DNA from: Elusimicrobiota bacterium
Lineage (GTDB): Bacteria; Elusimicrobiota; Elusimicrobia; UBA1565
Assembly: GCA_043827405.1 (NCBI GenBank)
Contig: JBDRPD010000053.1
Coordinates: 20,826-84,825 of the forward strand
Direction of reading: 5' to 3'
DNA: 64,000 bases
The position numbers and the translations under genes were made by a program. Below, piece after piece: positions 25,980-36,253 of the stretch; the first letter of the stretch is position 1; every line of letters begins with the position of its first letter. The notes beneath the pieces were generated by a model, which worked only from the letters and a program-made list of their open reading frames with translations, made no database searches and was not told the origin of the DNA.

Positions 25980-28957
25980 TGAGGCGCGCGCTGATTTCCG
26001 CCTTATGCGGCCTGCTCGCCGTCCCCGCGGCGGCGGGCGACGACCCGCTCGCTACCCTCCGGGGCCACACCGCCGAGGTCGGCGCCGTAATATTCCTGCC
26101 GGACGGCAAGCGCATCCTCTCGGCGAGCGATGACCATACCCTCAAGGTTTGGGACGCGGCCGACGGCCATGAACTGGCCGCCTGGAGCGGACATACGGCC
26201 GAGGTCGGCGCCGCGGCGGCCGCGCCGGACGGCGGCCGCGTTGTTTCGGGCAGCGAGGACCGGACGCTGCGCATCTGGGACGCGAAGACCGGAAAAGAGA
26301 TCGCCGTACTGAAGGGGAGCGGCGGCCAATACCGCGTCGTTGAGCTGTCCGCCGACGGGCGCACCGCCGCCGCGCTCACCTACGACGGAGAAATCGAGCT
26401 TTGGGACCTGCCCACCCGCACCCGCCGCTCGCTCCTCGACCGGAAGATCCCGCATACCATGGACATCGCTTATTCGCCGCGGGAGGACAAGCTTGTCACG
26501 GCCAACTGGGACAATGCCCTGCGCCTATGGGACCTGAGCTCGGGCAAGCTTATCGCCCGCTGCGCCGGCCATAAAAACGTCGTGCTCACCGCCGCCTTCT
26601 CGCCCGACGGCAGCAAGGTCCTATCGGCCGGCCGCGACAATACCCTCCGCCTCTGGGACGCAACCGACTGCCGCCCGCTGGCCGTCTGGAAAGGACATGA
26701 CAGCTACGTCTATGCCGCCGCCTTCGCGCCGGACGGCCGCACCGCGGTTTCCGGCGGCGCGGACTACACCGTACGCCGGTGGGATACGGCGACCGGCCGC
26801 GAACTCGCCGTCTGGCGCGGACACCAGGGCGACATCCGCGCGGTCGCCTTCTCGCCGGACGGGACCTTGGTCGTCTCGGCCAGCGACGACCGCACGCTCA
26901 AACTGTGGCGTGCGTCGCCCGGCCCGGCTTTCGTGCAAACGCCCGCCGCCGCGGCTCCCCCCGCCGCCGCCCGCCCCCATGATGCCGAGGCGGCGCTCGG
27001 CAGGATGCTGTTCTTTGACCGCCGGCTCTCGGGAGATAATACGGTCGACTGCGCCGTCTGCCACATTCCCGACCGGGCCTACGCGGACGGACTGGCGCTC
27101 TCGATCGGCTACCCCGACACCCTCTACTTCCGCAACACCCCGACTTTGCTCAATACCGCGGCGCAAAAGTATCTCTACTGGGACGGCCGCTTCACCGGCG
27201 GCGATCTCCCGTCGCTCATTCGCGACCATATCGCCGAGGCGCACTTCATGAACGCCGACGGACGGCTGGTGGTCGAAAAGCTGCGGCAGGCGCCGGGCTA
27301 TATCGCGGCTTTCCGCGAGGTCTATGGAGACGAACCCACCTACGGCGGAGTATTGAACGCCTTGGCGGAATTTGTCCGCACCCTCAAATCCGGCCCGGCG
27401 CCGCAGGCGCTCGCGGGCGCCGCCAAGCGGGGCCGCGAATTATTTGCCGGCGCAGGCGGCTGCGCCGGGTGTCACAGCGGGCCGCTCTTCACCGACGGCG
27501 AATTCCACGACCGCGATGTTCCCGAGCACCCCGGCATCTTCGCGCAACCGCTGCGCCGCATCTCCTTCCGGCGCTTCTTCAAGCTCGCGGGCGTCAAGGA
27601 CTATCAAAACCTCAAGCGGGATCTCGGGCTATACGCGGTTACCAAACGCGAAGGCGATCGCGGCAAGTTCAGAACGCCGAGCCTGCGCGAAGCCGGCCGC
27701 ACCGCCCCGTACATGCACAACGGCATGCTAAAGACGCTGGCGGACGCGGTACGGCATATGAATCCGCGGCTCAGCCGGCGGCAGGTCCGCGACCTGACGG
27801 CGTTTATCAAGACCTTAAGCAGCGAGACGGTAATCCACCAGGCGCCGGCGCTTCCTGGTTATGCCGTTCGCGTGCGGGAGAAGCGGACGCCGCCGAGCGC
27901 GCGGCCCGCCGGCGCGACGGCTCCCGCGCCGGATTACCCGCCGCTCGCGCCCCTGCCGCCGGTCCCGGTCCCCGAAGACAATCCTCTCACCCCGGCAAAG
28001 ATCGAGCTGGGCAAGATGCTCTTTTTCGACCCCCGCCTGTCGGGCAACGGCGAGACCTACTGCGGCTCCTGCCACGAACCGCCGATGGGCTGGGACGACG
28101 ACAGCGATCTCGCTCAAGGCTACGAAGGGACTTTGCACTGGCGCAACTCGCAGACGATCATTAACGCCGCCTACTACAGCAAGCTCAATTGGGACGGCGA
28201 CAAACCGAGCCTGGAAGAGCAGGCGCGCTCCGCCATCATGACCAATATCTCCGGCAACGGCGACCCCGCCATGATCGAGGAGCGGCTGGCCGACTCGCCG
28301 CGCTACGTCGAGCTGTTCAAGAAAGCCTTCGGCGTGGAGCGGCCGTTCTTCGAAGGCGTGCTCAAGGCCATCGCCTCGTTTGAGCGCGCCGTACCCATCT
28401 CCCGCAATGTTCCGTTCGACCGGGGCGTCCTCTCCCCCGCCGCCCGCAGGGGCCAGGCGCTCTTCGAGAACAAAGCCGGCTGCATCCGCTGCCATAACGG
28501 GCCGCTCGCCTCGGACCAAGGCTTCCATGCCACCGGCGCGCCGCCCAATCCCGCCTTCGACCAAGTGGCCTTGCGGCAGGTGACGCTGCGCTACGAGCAC
28601 GTGATCCGCGGGGTCCCCGAAAAGTTCTACCGCGACGCCGGCACGGACCCCGGCCTGTTCCTGACGACGCTGCGCGAAGAAGACAGCGGCAAATTCCGCA
28701 CCCCGAGCCTGCGCGAGCTCAAGTACACCGCTCCCTACATGCATAACGGAACGCTGCCGACACTGGCGGACGTGCTGGATTTTTACGACCGGGGCGGCGG
28801 CGAGACGCCCAACAAGACCCCCCTGCTCAAGCCGCTGGGCCTGACGCCCGGCGAGAAGCGGGACTTGATCGCCTTTCTCGAATCCTTGAGCGGCGACGAA
28901 ATTCTCATTGCGCTCCCCGTGACGCCCGGACACGACGACTCCCGGGGGTACCGATGA
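25976..28957 (+). CDS. WD40 / tandem di-heme cytochrome c peroxidase fusion protein, paralog 6
   Basis: 993 aa. ATGA overlap. CAVCH, CAGCH, CGSCH, CIRCH and 2x PYMHNG. Confidence 0.9.
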   Translation: MMRRALISALCGLLAVPAAAGDDPLATLRGHTAEVGAVIFLPDGKRILSASDDHTLKVWDAADGHELAAWSGHTAEVGAAAAAPDGGRVVSGSEDRTLRIWDAKTGKEIAVLKGSGGQYRVVELSADGRTAAALTYDGEIELWDLPTRTRRSLLDRKIPHTMDIAYSPREDKLVTANWDNALRLWDLSSGKLIARCAGHKNVVLTAAFSPDGSKVLSAGRDNTLRLWDATDCRPLAVWKGHDSYVYAAAFAPDGRTAVSGGADYTVRRWDTATGRELAVWRGHQGDIRAVAFSPDGTLVVSASDDRTLKLWRASPGPAFVQTPAAAAPPAAARPHDAEAALGRMLFFDRRLSGDNTVDCAVCHIPDRAYADGLALSIGYPDTLYFRNTPTLLNTAAQKYLYWDGRFTGGDLPSLIRDHIAEAHFMNADGRLVVEKLRQAPGYIAAFREVYGDEPTYGGVLNALAEFVRTLKSGPAPQALAGAAKRGRELFAGAGGCAGCHSGPLFTDGEFHDRDVPEHPGIFAQPLRRISFRRFFKLAGVKDYQNLKRDLGLYAVTKREGDRGKFRTPSLREAGRTAPYMHNGMLKTLADAVRHMNPRLSRRQVRDLTAFIKTLSSETVIHQAPALPGYAVRVREKRTPPSARPAGATAPAPDYPPLAPLPPVPVPEDNPLTPAKIELGKMLFFDPRLSGNGETYCGSCHEPPMGWDDDSDLAQGYEGTLHWRNSQTIINAAYYSKLNWDGDKPSLEEQARSAIMTNISGNGDPAMIEERLADSPRYVELFKKAFGVERPFFEGVLKAIASFERAVPISRNVPFDRGVLSPAARRGQALFENKAGCIRCHNGPLASDQGFHATGAPPNPAFDQVALRQVTLRYEHVIRGVPEKFYRDAGTDPGLFLTTLREEDSGKFRTPSLRELKYTAPYMHNGTLPTLADVLDFYDRGGGETPNKTPLLKPLGLTPGEKRDLIAFLESLSGDEILIALPVTPGHDDSRGYR

Positions 28958-31900
28958 AGGGAGCGCTGCTGGCCGTATGGCTTGCGGCCGCCGGGCCTGC
29001 CGGCGCCGTCGAAACGCGCCCGCTGGCGACCTGGAAGGGGCATACCGACCAGGTCTCCAACGCCGCCTTCACCGCGGACGGCGCCGGCGTCCTCTCCGCC
29101 AGCGACGATTACTCCCTGAAGCTCTGGGAGGTAAAAACGGGACGGGTAAAAAAGACGATCCGGGGCGAAAACGGATATCAGTTCGGGCTCGTCTACTATT
29201 CGGGAGGTACGCGCTCGGCCGCGGTCAACGAAGCCCTGACCTTCAAGCTCTACGATGCGGCGGCCGGCAAGACCGTGGCCGTCTTCACCGGCTACGACAA
29301 GCTGCTCAACACCTTGGTCCTGTCGCCGGACGGACGGACGGCCGCGGCGACGGCCTGGGACGGCGAGCTCACGCTGTGGGACGCGGCGACGGGAAAAAAG
29401 ACCGCGACCCTGCAGTCCGGGGACGCCGCGAGCGCCCTGGGCATCGCCTTCTCTCCGGACGGCAAAACTCTGCTCTCCGGCCACGGCGACCGCACCGTCC
29501 GGCTGTGGGACGCCGCCTCCGGAAAGCCGCAGGCCGTATGGCACGGCCACAAGCGCCACGTCCTCGCCGTTGCGTTCTCGCCGGACGGCAAGCACGCCCT
29601 ATCGGGCGGCAAAGACAATACGCTCCGCTATTGGGACGCGGCGAGCGGCCGGACCCTGGCGGTATGGCGCGGACATACCAGCTACGTCTATACCCTGGAG
29701 TTCTCGCCGGATGGGCGGCGGGCGCTTTCCGGCGGCTCCGACTTCACGGCCCGGCTGTGGGACACGGCCAGCGGCGAACTCCTGGACACGCTGCGCGGCC
29801 ATCAGGGAGGAGTGCTCGATGTCGCATTTTCCCCGGACGGCACCCGCGCGGTTACCGCGAGCGAAGACCGCACGCTCAAGCTGTGGGACTTGACCGGAAA
29901 ATCCGGCCCCGCGCCGGACGCGCCGGACGCGGTCTCCTATCTCCCCCCGCCGCCGGGCACCCCGGAAGAGCGCCTGGGCCGGCTGCTGTTTTTCGATCAG
30001 CGGCTGTCGGGAGACGAGTTTCGCGACTGCGCGTCCTGCCATATGCCGGAAAAGGCCTATAGCGACGGGAGCGAGCTCTCGCTGGGCTATCCCGATACCC
30101 TGTATTTCAGAAACACCCCCTCGCTGCTCAATCTCTCCGGCCAGAAGCACCTGTACTGGGACGGGCGCTTCCCGTCCGACGACCTGGCTTCGCTGATCAG
30201 GGATCATATCGCGGAAGCCCACTTCATGAACGCCGACGGCCGCCTCATCGTCGAGAAGCTGCGCCAAGCCCCCGGCTACCTGCAGGCCTTTCAGGAAGTC
30301 TACGGAACGGAACCTTCCTATGCGAAGATTCTGCAAGCGCTTACCGCCTTTGTCCGTTCGCTCAAATCCGGGGAGGCTCCGTTCGACCGTTTCCTCGCCG
30401 GCGATGCGCGCGCGCTGTCCCGCGCGGCGCGGCGCGGGCGGCAGCTGTTCAACGGCAAGGGCGGCTGCGCCGCATGCCACAGCGGCCCCCTGCTCACGGA
30501 CGGCGGCCTGCACAACCGCGGCGTGCCGGAAAATACGCGGATTCTGACCGAGCCGCCGCGCCGCGTATCGCTGCGCCGCTTCTACAAGCTCTTCGGCGTC
30601 AAGGACTACGCCGACTTGCGCGGCGACACCGGGCTCTACGCCGTGACGATGCGGCCGGAAGACCGCGGGAAGTTCAAAACTCCCAGCCTGCGGGAAGCCG
30701 CGCTGACGGCGCCCTATATGCATAACGGGATGATCGCGACGCTGGCAGAAGCGGCGGGTTTGATGAACCCCGGGCTGTCCCGGCGGGAACGCCGCGACCT
30801 CGCGGCATTCATGGAATCTCTCACCAGCGGCTCGCCGGCGTTCGCCTACAAACCGCCGCCGCTGCCGGAGTACGCGGTGCGCCCCGGAAAAGAGCATCCC
30901 CCTGCCGGCAAACCCGCCCCGGCGCCGGCCGCGTCGCGGCGCGAGTTTCCCCCGCTCGGGCCGCTCCCTCCGGTCCCGGTCCCGGACGATAATCCGCTCA
31001 GCGATGAAAAAGTGGAGCTCGGCCGGCTGCTGTTCTTCGATCCCCGCCTTTCCGGCGACGGCAGCACGTTCTGCGCCGCCTGCCATGAATCCGGCATGGG
31101 CTGGGGCGACGGCAGCGATCTCTCCCTGGGCTATCCCGGCATGCTGCACTGGCGCAACTCCCAGACGCTGCTGAACGCCGCCTACTACTCGAAGCTCGAA
31201 TGGGACGGCGCCTGGCCGAACCTGGAGGAACAGGCACGCGGCGCCATCACCTCCAACATCAACGGCAACGGAGACCCGGAGGTGATCGAGGAGCGCCTCG
31301 CCGAATCGCCGGAATATATGCGGCTGTTCAAGCGGGCCTTCGGCGTTGAGCGGCCGAACTTCGAGAGCGTACTTAAGGCGCTGGCCTCCTTCCAGCGCGC
31401 GGTCCCGATTTCGCGCAATGTTCCGTTTGACCGCGACGACCTCTCCCCCGCCGCCCGCAAAGGCCGGGCGCTCTTTGAAGGCAAGGCCGGCTGCCTGCGC
31501 TGCCACAATGGGCCGCTGGCCTCCGATCAAGGGTTCCACGCCACCGGGGTGCCGCGCAATCCGGCCTTCGACCATGTGGCGCTGCGCCAGGTGGCGCTGC
31601 GCTATCAGCACGTGACGCGCGGCGTCCCCGAGGAGGTGTACCGGAACGCGGACTCCGATCCGGGGCTCTACCTGAAGACGATGCGGGAAGAAGATATCGG
31701 CAAGTTCCGCACGGCGAGCCTGCGCGAGCTTAAGCACACCGCGCCCTACATGCACAACGGCACCTTGGCGACGCTCGCGGCGGTCGTGGACTTCTACGAC
31801 CGGGGCGGCGGCGATACGCCCAACAAGACTCCCCTGCTCAAGCCGCTCCGGCTCACGCCGCAGGAGAAGCTCGATCTCATCGCTTTCCTCGAATCGCTCT

Positions 31901-31977
31901 CCGGCGACGAGATTCTCATCGAGCCGCCGGCCACGCCGGGCCCGCGCATTTCGGGCCGGGGGCTGGAGATCAAATGA
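28954..31977 (+). CDS. WD40 / tandem di-heme cytochrome c peroxidase fusion protein, paralog 7
   Basis: 1007 aa. ATGA overlap. CASCH, CAACH (module 1), CAACH, CLRCH (module 2) and 2x PYMHNG. Confidence 0.9.
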   Translation: MKGALLAVWLAAAGPAGAVETRPLATWKGHTDQVSNAAFTADGAGVLSASDDYSLKLWEVKTGRVKKTIRGENGYQFGLVYYSGGTRSAAVNEALTFKLYDAAAGKTVAVFTGYDKLLNTLVLSPDGRTAAATAWDGELTLWDAATGKKTATLQSGDAASALGIAFSPDGKTLLSGHGDRTVRLWDAASGKPQAVWHGHKRHVLAVAFSPDGKHALSGGKDNTLRYWDAASGRTLAVWRGHTSYVYTLEFSPDGRRALSGGSDFTARLWDTASGELLDTLRGHQGGVLDVAFSPDGTRAVTASEDRTLKLWDLTGKSGPAPDAPDAVSYLPPPPGTPEERLGRLLFFDQRLSGDEFRDCASCHMPEKAYSDGSELSLGYPDTLYFRNTPSLLNLSGQKHLYWDGRFPSDDLASLIRDHIAEAHFMNADGRLIVEKLRQAPGYLQAFQEVYGTEPSYAKILQALTAFVRSLKSGEAPFDRFLAGDARALSRAARRGRQLFNGKGGCAACHSGPLLTDGGLHNRGVPENTRILTEPPRRVSLRRFYKLFGVKDYADLRGDTGLYAVTMRPEDRGKFKTPSLREAALTAPYMHNGMIATLAEAAGLMNPGLSRRERRDLAAFMESLTSGSPAFAYKPPPLPEYAVRPGKEHPPAGKPAPAPAASRREFPPLGPLPPVPVPDDNPLSDEKVELGRLLFFDPRLSGDGSTFCAACHESGMGWGDGSDLSLGYPGMLHWRNSQTLLNAAYYSKLEWDGAWPNLEEQARGAITSNINGNGDPEVIEERLAESPEYMRLFKRAFGVERPNFESVLKALASFQRAVPISRNVPFDRDDLSPAARKGRALFEGKAGCLRCHNGPLASDQGFHATGVPRNPAFDHVALRQVALRYQHVTRGVPEEVYRNADSDPGLYLKTMREEDIGKFRTASLRELKHTAPYMHNGTLATLAAVVDFYDRGGGDTPNKTPLLKPLRLTPQEKLDLIAFLESLSGDEILIEPPATPGPRISGRGLEIK

Positions 31978-34925
31978 AGGCCCTGCTTCTCGCCCTGCTC
32001 CTGCCGCCGGCCGCGGCCGCCCAGCCGCCCGTCGCGGTGCTCGAAGGGCATAACGATCACGTATTCCGGGTGCTGTTCTCGTCCGACTCCCGCCGCGTCA
32101 TCTCCGCCTCCGAAGACGGCACGGTCAAGGTTTGGGGAGCCGCGGATGGGAACGAAATCCTAACCTACCGCTCGACGGAAATCATCGCCGGCTTATTCGC
32201 GATCGACGGCATCAAGGTCGCCGTCAACCTAAACGATCACGGCGTCCGCATCCGCGACCTTTTTTCCGGGGAGGAGACCGCCGCCCTGCGCGGGCTGCCG
32301 GACGAACTGCGAACGCTCGCGATTTCTCAGGATGGGCGCCTGGCGGCCACCATTGTCTTCAACGGGCCGCTTCAGCTGTGGGCGGAAGGCCGTCCCGTTG
32401 TTCTGCGCCGGACCGAAGACGCGCACGCTTTTGCCATGGGACAGACCGTGCCGGGCCAGGAACCCTGCCTTGCCTTCTCCCTGGACGGCAGCGGGCTTTT
32501 GGCGGGACTCGGAGACGAGACCCTGCATTTTTTCAATACCGCCTCCGCGCAGCAGATCGCGAGCTGGCGCGGACACCGGAATCAGGTGATGGCCGCCGTC
32601 TTCTCCCCCGACGGACGCACCGCGCTCTCGGGAGGCAGCGACAATACCATCCGCCGCTGGGACGTCGCGACCGGCGAAACGCTGGCGGTGTGGCGGGGAC
32701 ATACCAGCCATATTTATTCGCTGGCCTTTTCTCCGGACGGCAAAAAGGCGCTGTCGGGCAGCGCCGATCATACCGTACGGCTGTGGGACGCCGCTTCCGG
32801 CAAGGAGCTCCGCGTCGGCTGGGGGCATCAGGGCATCGTCCGCCACGTCGCTTTCTCTCCTGACGGAAAGCTCGCGGCTTCCGCCGGCGAGGACCGCGCG
32901 GTCATGCTGTGGAGCATGGACGGCTCACGCCGCGCCGCGCCGGCGCAGTCCCCGACGGCGCCGGAGATCGGCAGCCGCGAAGACCTCGGACGGCACCTGT
33001 TCTTCGACCGCCGGCTCTCCGGGGACAGCACGCTCAACTGCGCCGACTGCCATGACCCGCGAAAGCACTACACGGACGGGCTCGCGCTCTCTACCGGATA
33101 CCAGGACACCCTGTATTTCCGCAACACCCCCTCGCTGCTTAATCTGGCGGGGCAGAAACATCTTTACTGGGACGGACGCTTCCCGTCCACCGACCTGCCT
33201 TCATTGATCCGCGACCATATCGCGGAGGCGCATTTCATGAACGCCGACGGCCGCCTCATCGTGGAGAAGCTCCGCCAGGCGCCCGGCTACGTCGACGTTT
33301 TTCGCAAAATATACGGCGACGAGCCGTCCTACAGCCGCATTCTCGACGCGCTGACGTCCTTTGTGCTCTCGCTCAAGTCCGCTGATCCCGGGGAGCTCTC
33401 CGCCGCCGCCCGGCGCGGTCAACAGCTGTTCGCGGGCAAAGGCGGCTGCTCCGCATGCCACAACGGACCGCTGCTGAGCGACGGGAAGATGCACGACCGC
33501 GGCGTACCGGATAACCCCGAGATTTTCCACGACCCCTTGCGCCGCATATCGCTGCGGCGCTTTTTCAAGCTCCTCGGCGTCAAAGACTATGCGAGCCTGC
33601 GGCGCGACCCGGGGCTCTACGCGATCAGCAAAAACCAGGCGGACGCCGGAAAATTCAGAACGCCCAGCCTGCGCGAAATCGGCCGCACCGCCCCGTATAT
33701 GCATAACGGCATGTTCGCGACGCTGGAGGAGGCGGTGCATTTCGAGAATCCCGAATTGGCGGAGCCGGAGCGGCGCGATATCGTCGCCTTCCTGGAATCG
33801 CTCGGCAGCGAACTTCCCGCCGCCTCCATGACGCCGCCGCGCCTGCCCCGCTACGCCGTACGGCCGGCCGGCCCGCACCCGGCCCCGCCGAGCACCGCCC
33901 CCCCGGCCGCGCGCCCTAAAGCGCCGCCGCTCGGTCCGCTGCCGCCGGTCCCGGTGCCGAAAGACAATCCGCTCACCGCGGAAAAAGTGGAGCTGGGGAA
34001 GCTGCTCTTCCACGACCCGCGGCTGTCGGGCGACGGCTATACCTTCTGCGCCACCTGCCATGCGCCCGCCATGGGCTGGGGCGACGGCAGCGATCTGGCG
34101 CAAGGCTATCCCGGCACGCTGCACTGGCGCAACTCGCAGACCCTGCTTAACGCCGCCTACTACTCGAAGCTTGAATGGGACGGCGCCTGGCCGAGCCTGG
34201 AAGAGCAGGCGCGCGGCGCGATCACCTCCAACATCAACGGCAACGCCGATCCGACCATGATCGAGGAGCGGCTGGCGGAGTCGCCGGAATACGTCGAGCT
34301 GTTCAAGAAAGCCTTCGGCGTGGAGCGGCCGAACTTCGAGAGCGTACTCAAGGCGCTCGCCTCCTTCCAGCGCGCGGTACCGATCTCGCGCCATGTCCCG
34401 TTCGACCAGGGAACCCTTTCGCCCGCCGCCCGGCGCGGCCGCCGGCTGTTTGAAAACAAGGCGGGCTGCATCGCCTGTCATAACGGGCCGCTGGCATCCG
34501 ATCAGGGCTTTCACGCCACCGGCGTGCCCCGCCATCCCGCCTTCGAACACATCGCCCTGCGCCAGATCACCCTGCGCTACCAGCACGTAACGCGGGGGGT
34601 GCCGGAAGAGGTTTATCGGGACGCCGACACCGATCAGGGGCTGTACCTGTCGACGCTGAGGAAAGAAGATATCGGCCGCTTCCGCACGCCGAGCCTGCGC
34701 GAGCTCAAATACACCGCGCCCTACATGCACAACGGCATATTCCAGACTCTCGCCGAGGTGGTGGACTTTTACAATGAGGGCGGAGGCGAGACGCCCAACA
34801 AGTCGCCCCAGCTCAAGCCCTTGGCGCTCACCGCGGCGGAGAAAGACGACCTGATCGCCTTTCTCGAAGCGTTATCCGGCGATGAGATTCTGCTCGCCCC
34901 GCCGCCGGCGGAAGACGGCCGCTAG
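31974..34925 (+). CDS. WD40 / tandem di-heme cytochrome c peroxidase fusion protein, paralog 8 (divergent N-terminal propeller)
   Basis: 983 aa. ATGA overlap. The first half of the propeller is degenerate (only 3-4 canonical WD repeats near the C-terminal side of the propeller region). CADCH, CSACH, CATCH, CIACH and 2x PYMHNG. Confidence 0.85.
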   Translation: MKALLLALLLPPAAAAQPPVAVLEGHNDHVFRVLFSSDSRRVISASEDGTVKVWGAADGNEILTYRSTEIIAGLFAIDGIKVAVNLNDHGVRIRDLFSGEETAALRGLPDELRTLAISQDGRLAATIVFNGPLQLWAEGRPVVLRRTEDAHAFAMGQTVPGQEPCLAFSLDGSGLLAGLGDETLHFFNTASAQQIASWRGHRNQVMAAVFSPDGRTALSGGSDNTIRRWDVATGETLAVWRGHTSHIYSLAFSPDGKKALSGSADHTVRLWDAASGKELRVGWGHQGIVRHVAFSPDGKLAASAGEDRAVMLWSMDGSRRAAPAQSPTAPEIGSREDLGRHLFFDRRLSGDSTLNCADCHDPRKHYTDGLALSTGYQDTLYFRNTPSLLNLAGQKHLYWDGRFPSTDLPSLIRDHIAEAHFMNADGRLIVEKLRQAPGYVDVFRKIYGDEPSYSRILDALTSFVLSLKSADPGELSAAARRGQQLFAGKGGCSACHNGPLLSDGKMHDRGVPDNPEIFHDPLRRISLRRFFKLLGVKDYASLRRDPGLYAISKNQADAGKFRTPSLREIGRTAPYMHNGMFATLEEAVHFENPELAEPERRDIVAFLESLGSELPAASMTPPRLPRYAVRPAGPHPAPPSTAPPAARPKAPPLGPLPPVPVPKDNPLTAEKVELGKLLFHDPRLSGDGYTFCATCHAPAMGWGDGSDLAQGYPGTLHWRNSQTLLNAAYYSKLEWDGAWPSLEEQARGAITSNINGNADPTMIEERLAESPEYVELFKKAFGVERPNFESVLKALASFQRAVPISRHVPFDQGTLSPAARRGRRLFENKAGCIACHNGPLASDQGFHATGVPRHPAFEHIALRQITLRYQHVTRGVPEEVYRDADTDQGLYLSTLRKEDIGRFRTPSLRELKYTAPYMHNGIFQTLAEVVDFYNEGGGETPNKSPQLKPLALTAAEKDDLIAFLEALSGDEILLAPPPAEDGR

Positions 34926-34933
34926 AAAGCGGC

Positions 34934-35365
34934 CTACTCTTTCTTCTTGAGCTTCATGCCGCACTTGGGGCATTTGCCCGGCGCATGCCCTTTATGGCAG
35001 CCCATCGGGCAGACGTAAACCTGGCCCGGCTTCTTGTCCTTTTTCTTGAGCAAGCAGCTCTTGCAGGTGCATCCTTCCTTGCAGCCGCTCTTGGCGTAGG
35101 CGGCCTGAATCTTCTCGACCACCGCCTTGTCCTTGGACGTGATGCGGATAATGATACCGTCGGCGGTATTTTCGAACTTGGTCTCAGCGCCCTTTATCGA
35201 CATAGGGCAGACATGAGCGTCCTTCTTGACGAGCTTCCCGTCTTTCGCGGCGGCATGCGCTTCTCCCACGCCGCAGGAACCGCAATGGGACCATGACGCT
35301 CCCGGGGCGCACAGCAGCGCCGCGGCCAAACCGGCGGCGATCCAAAGTCCTTGATATTTTTTCAT
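34934..35365 (-). CDS. Secreted small metal-binding protein with heavy-metal-binding-domain (YxCPM...GKCPxCGM) motifs
   Basis: 143 aa. Signal peptide MKKYQGLWIAAGLAAALLCAPGASWS. Motifs HVCPMSIKG and YVCPMGCHKGHAPGKCPKCGMKLKKKE match the HMBD (YTCPMHPE...CPxCGM) pattern of Cu/Ag/Zn resistance proteins. Also GCKEGCTCKSC. Convergent with paralog 8 with only an 8-bp gap. GC content is visibly lower than the flanks. Confidence 0.65.
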   Translation of the reverse strand: MKKYQGLWIAAGLAAALLCAPGASWSHCGSCGVGEAHAAAKDGKLVKKDAHVCPMSIKGAETKFENTADGIIIRITSKDKAVVEKIQAAYAKSGCKEGCTCKSCLLKKKDKKPGQVYVCPMGCHKGHAPGKCPKCGMKLKKKE

Positions 35366-35450
35366 GATGAGCCTCTTTGGTGAAGAATCAAATCCAGTAC
35401 AGAATAGACGAAGTCTTTCAACGCAAGCTTAACACGGTCTTAATTCCTTC

Positions 35451-36173
35451 TCAACAACACCCCTTGTCCGAGCATCCCTCATCCGTACACCCTTTATCCG
35501 AGCACCCCTCATCCGTACATCCGCACCCTTTATCCGCGCATCCATGCCCCGAGCCTGCGGGCGGACGAACGGCGATAAAAATCGGACAGAGCCCGTCCGC
35601 GGTCTTTTCGCCGGCATGGACTTCCTTCATCTTCACCGTCTCCGGCCGGTCGATGACCGCGCCGCGGCCCCGCCAGTCGATCTTCTGCAGCACCGCCTCC
35701 ACATGTTCGGACAAGCCGCGGATGACGAGCTTGAGGGTCGGCGAGGCGTGCTCGCTCTGGTAGCGCTCGAGCGCGATTCCCAGCCGCAGCATCCCGGCGA
35801 CGGCCCGGTCTTTCTCCGCGGCGCTCAAACCGTAATGCCCGAGCTGATTTTCCAGCGTCTGGAGAGCTTCCCCCTCGAGATCGAGCTTAAGCTCCTTGCT
35901 GCGCTCGCCCGCGGTTATTTTCACCGCGTCTTTGGGCGTCATGCCGGTCAAAGTAAAAACGTCGCCGAGGTCCTTGAAGGGAACTTCGCTGACGTCGAGA
36001 AAGACCAGGCGGCAGTTGCCGTTGATCGCGGTAAACAGATCGGTCGTATAGTTGAAACAGCCGATAACGGCATTGGCCAGAAAGCCGTCCACGTCTTTCT
36101 CCGGCTTCGCTTCCCAATCTTTTCCGATCAGCTCTTGCAAAACGGAAACCGGTATCTTCCCGACCACTGCCAT
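35451..36173 (-). CDS. Hypothetical protein with C-terminal Cys-rich tandem repeats (GC[AGST]DKGC / DEGCSDKGC), possible metal-binding protein
   Basis: Real start probably MAVVGKIPVSVLQEL (ATG at 36171-36173) within ORF 35451..36296. The C-terminus GSGHGCADKGCGCTDEGCSDKGCTDEGCSDKGCC is encoded by a ~27-30 bp tandem nucleotide repeat. Confidence 0.55.
   Translation of the reverse strand: MAVVGKIPVSVLQELIGKDWEAKPEKDVDGFLANAVIGCFNYTTDLFTAINGNCRLVFLDVSEVPFKDLGDVFTLTGMTPKDAVKITAGERSKELKLDLEGEALQTLENQLGHYGLSAAEKDRAVAGMLRLGIALERYQSEHASPTLKLVIRGLSEHVEAVLQKIDWRGRGAVIDRPETVKMKEVHAGEKTADGLCPIFIAVRPPAGSGHGCADKGCGCTDEGCSDKGCTDEGCSDKGCC
35455..35545. repeat. Tandem ~27-30 bp direct repeat (about 2.5-3 units) inside the coding sequence, encoding DEGCSDKGC-type repeats
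   Basis: ccctcatccgtacaccctttatccgagcac / ccctcatccgtacatccgcaccctttatccgcgcatcc read directly on the + strand. Confidence 0.6.
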
Positions 36174-36253
36174 AAGCCCCTCCCGGACGCAAGAGTTCCT
36201 CCTTCGCGTCGGCACACTCTTTGTATCATATCTTCCGGCCGCATTCCGAAGCC

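Noticed and set aside
35455-35545. Possible CRISPR-like short repeat array
   Set aside because: There are only about 3 units, no spacer/repeat alternation of CRISPR dimensions and no cas genes. It lies inside a CDS and encodes a Cys-rich peptide repeat.
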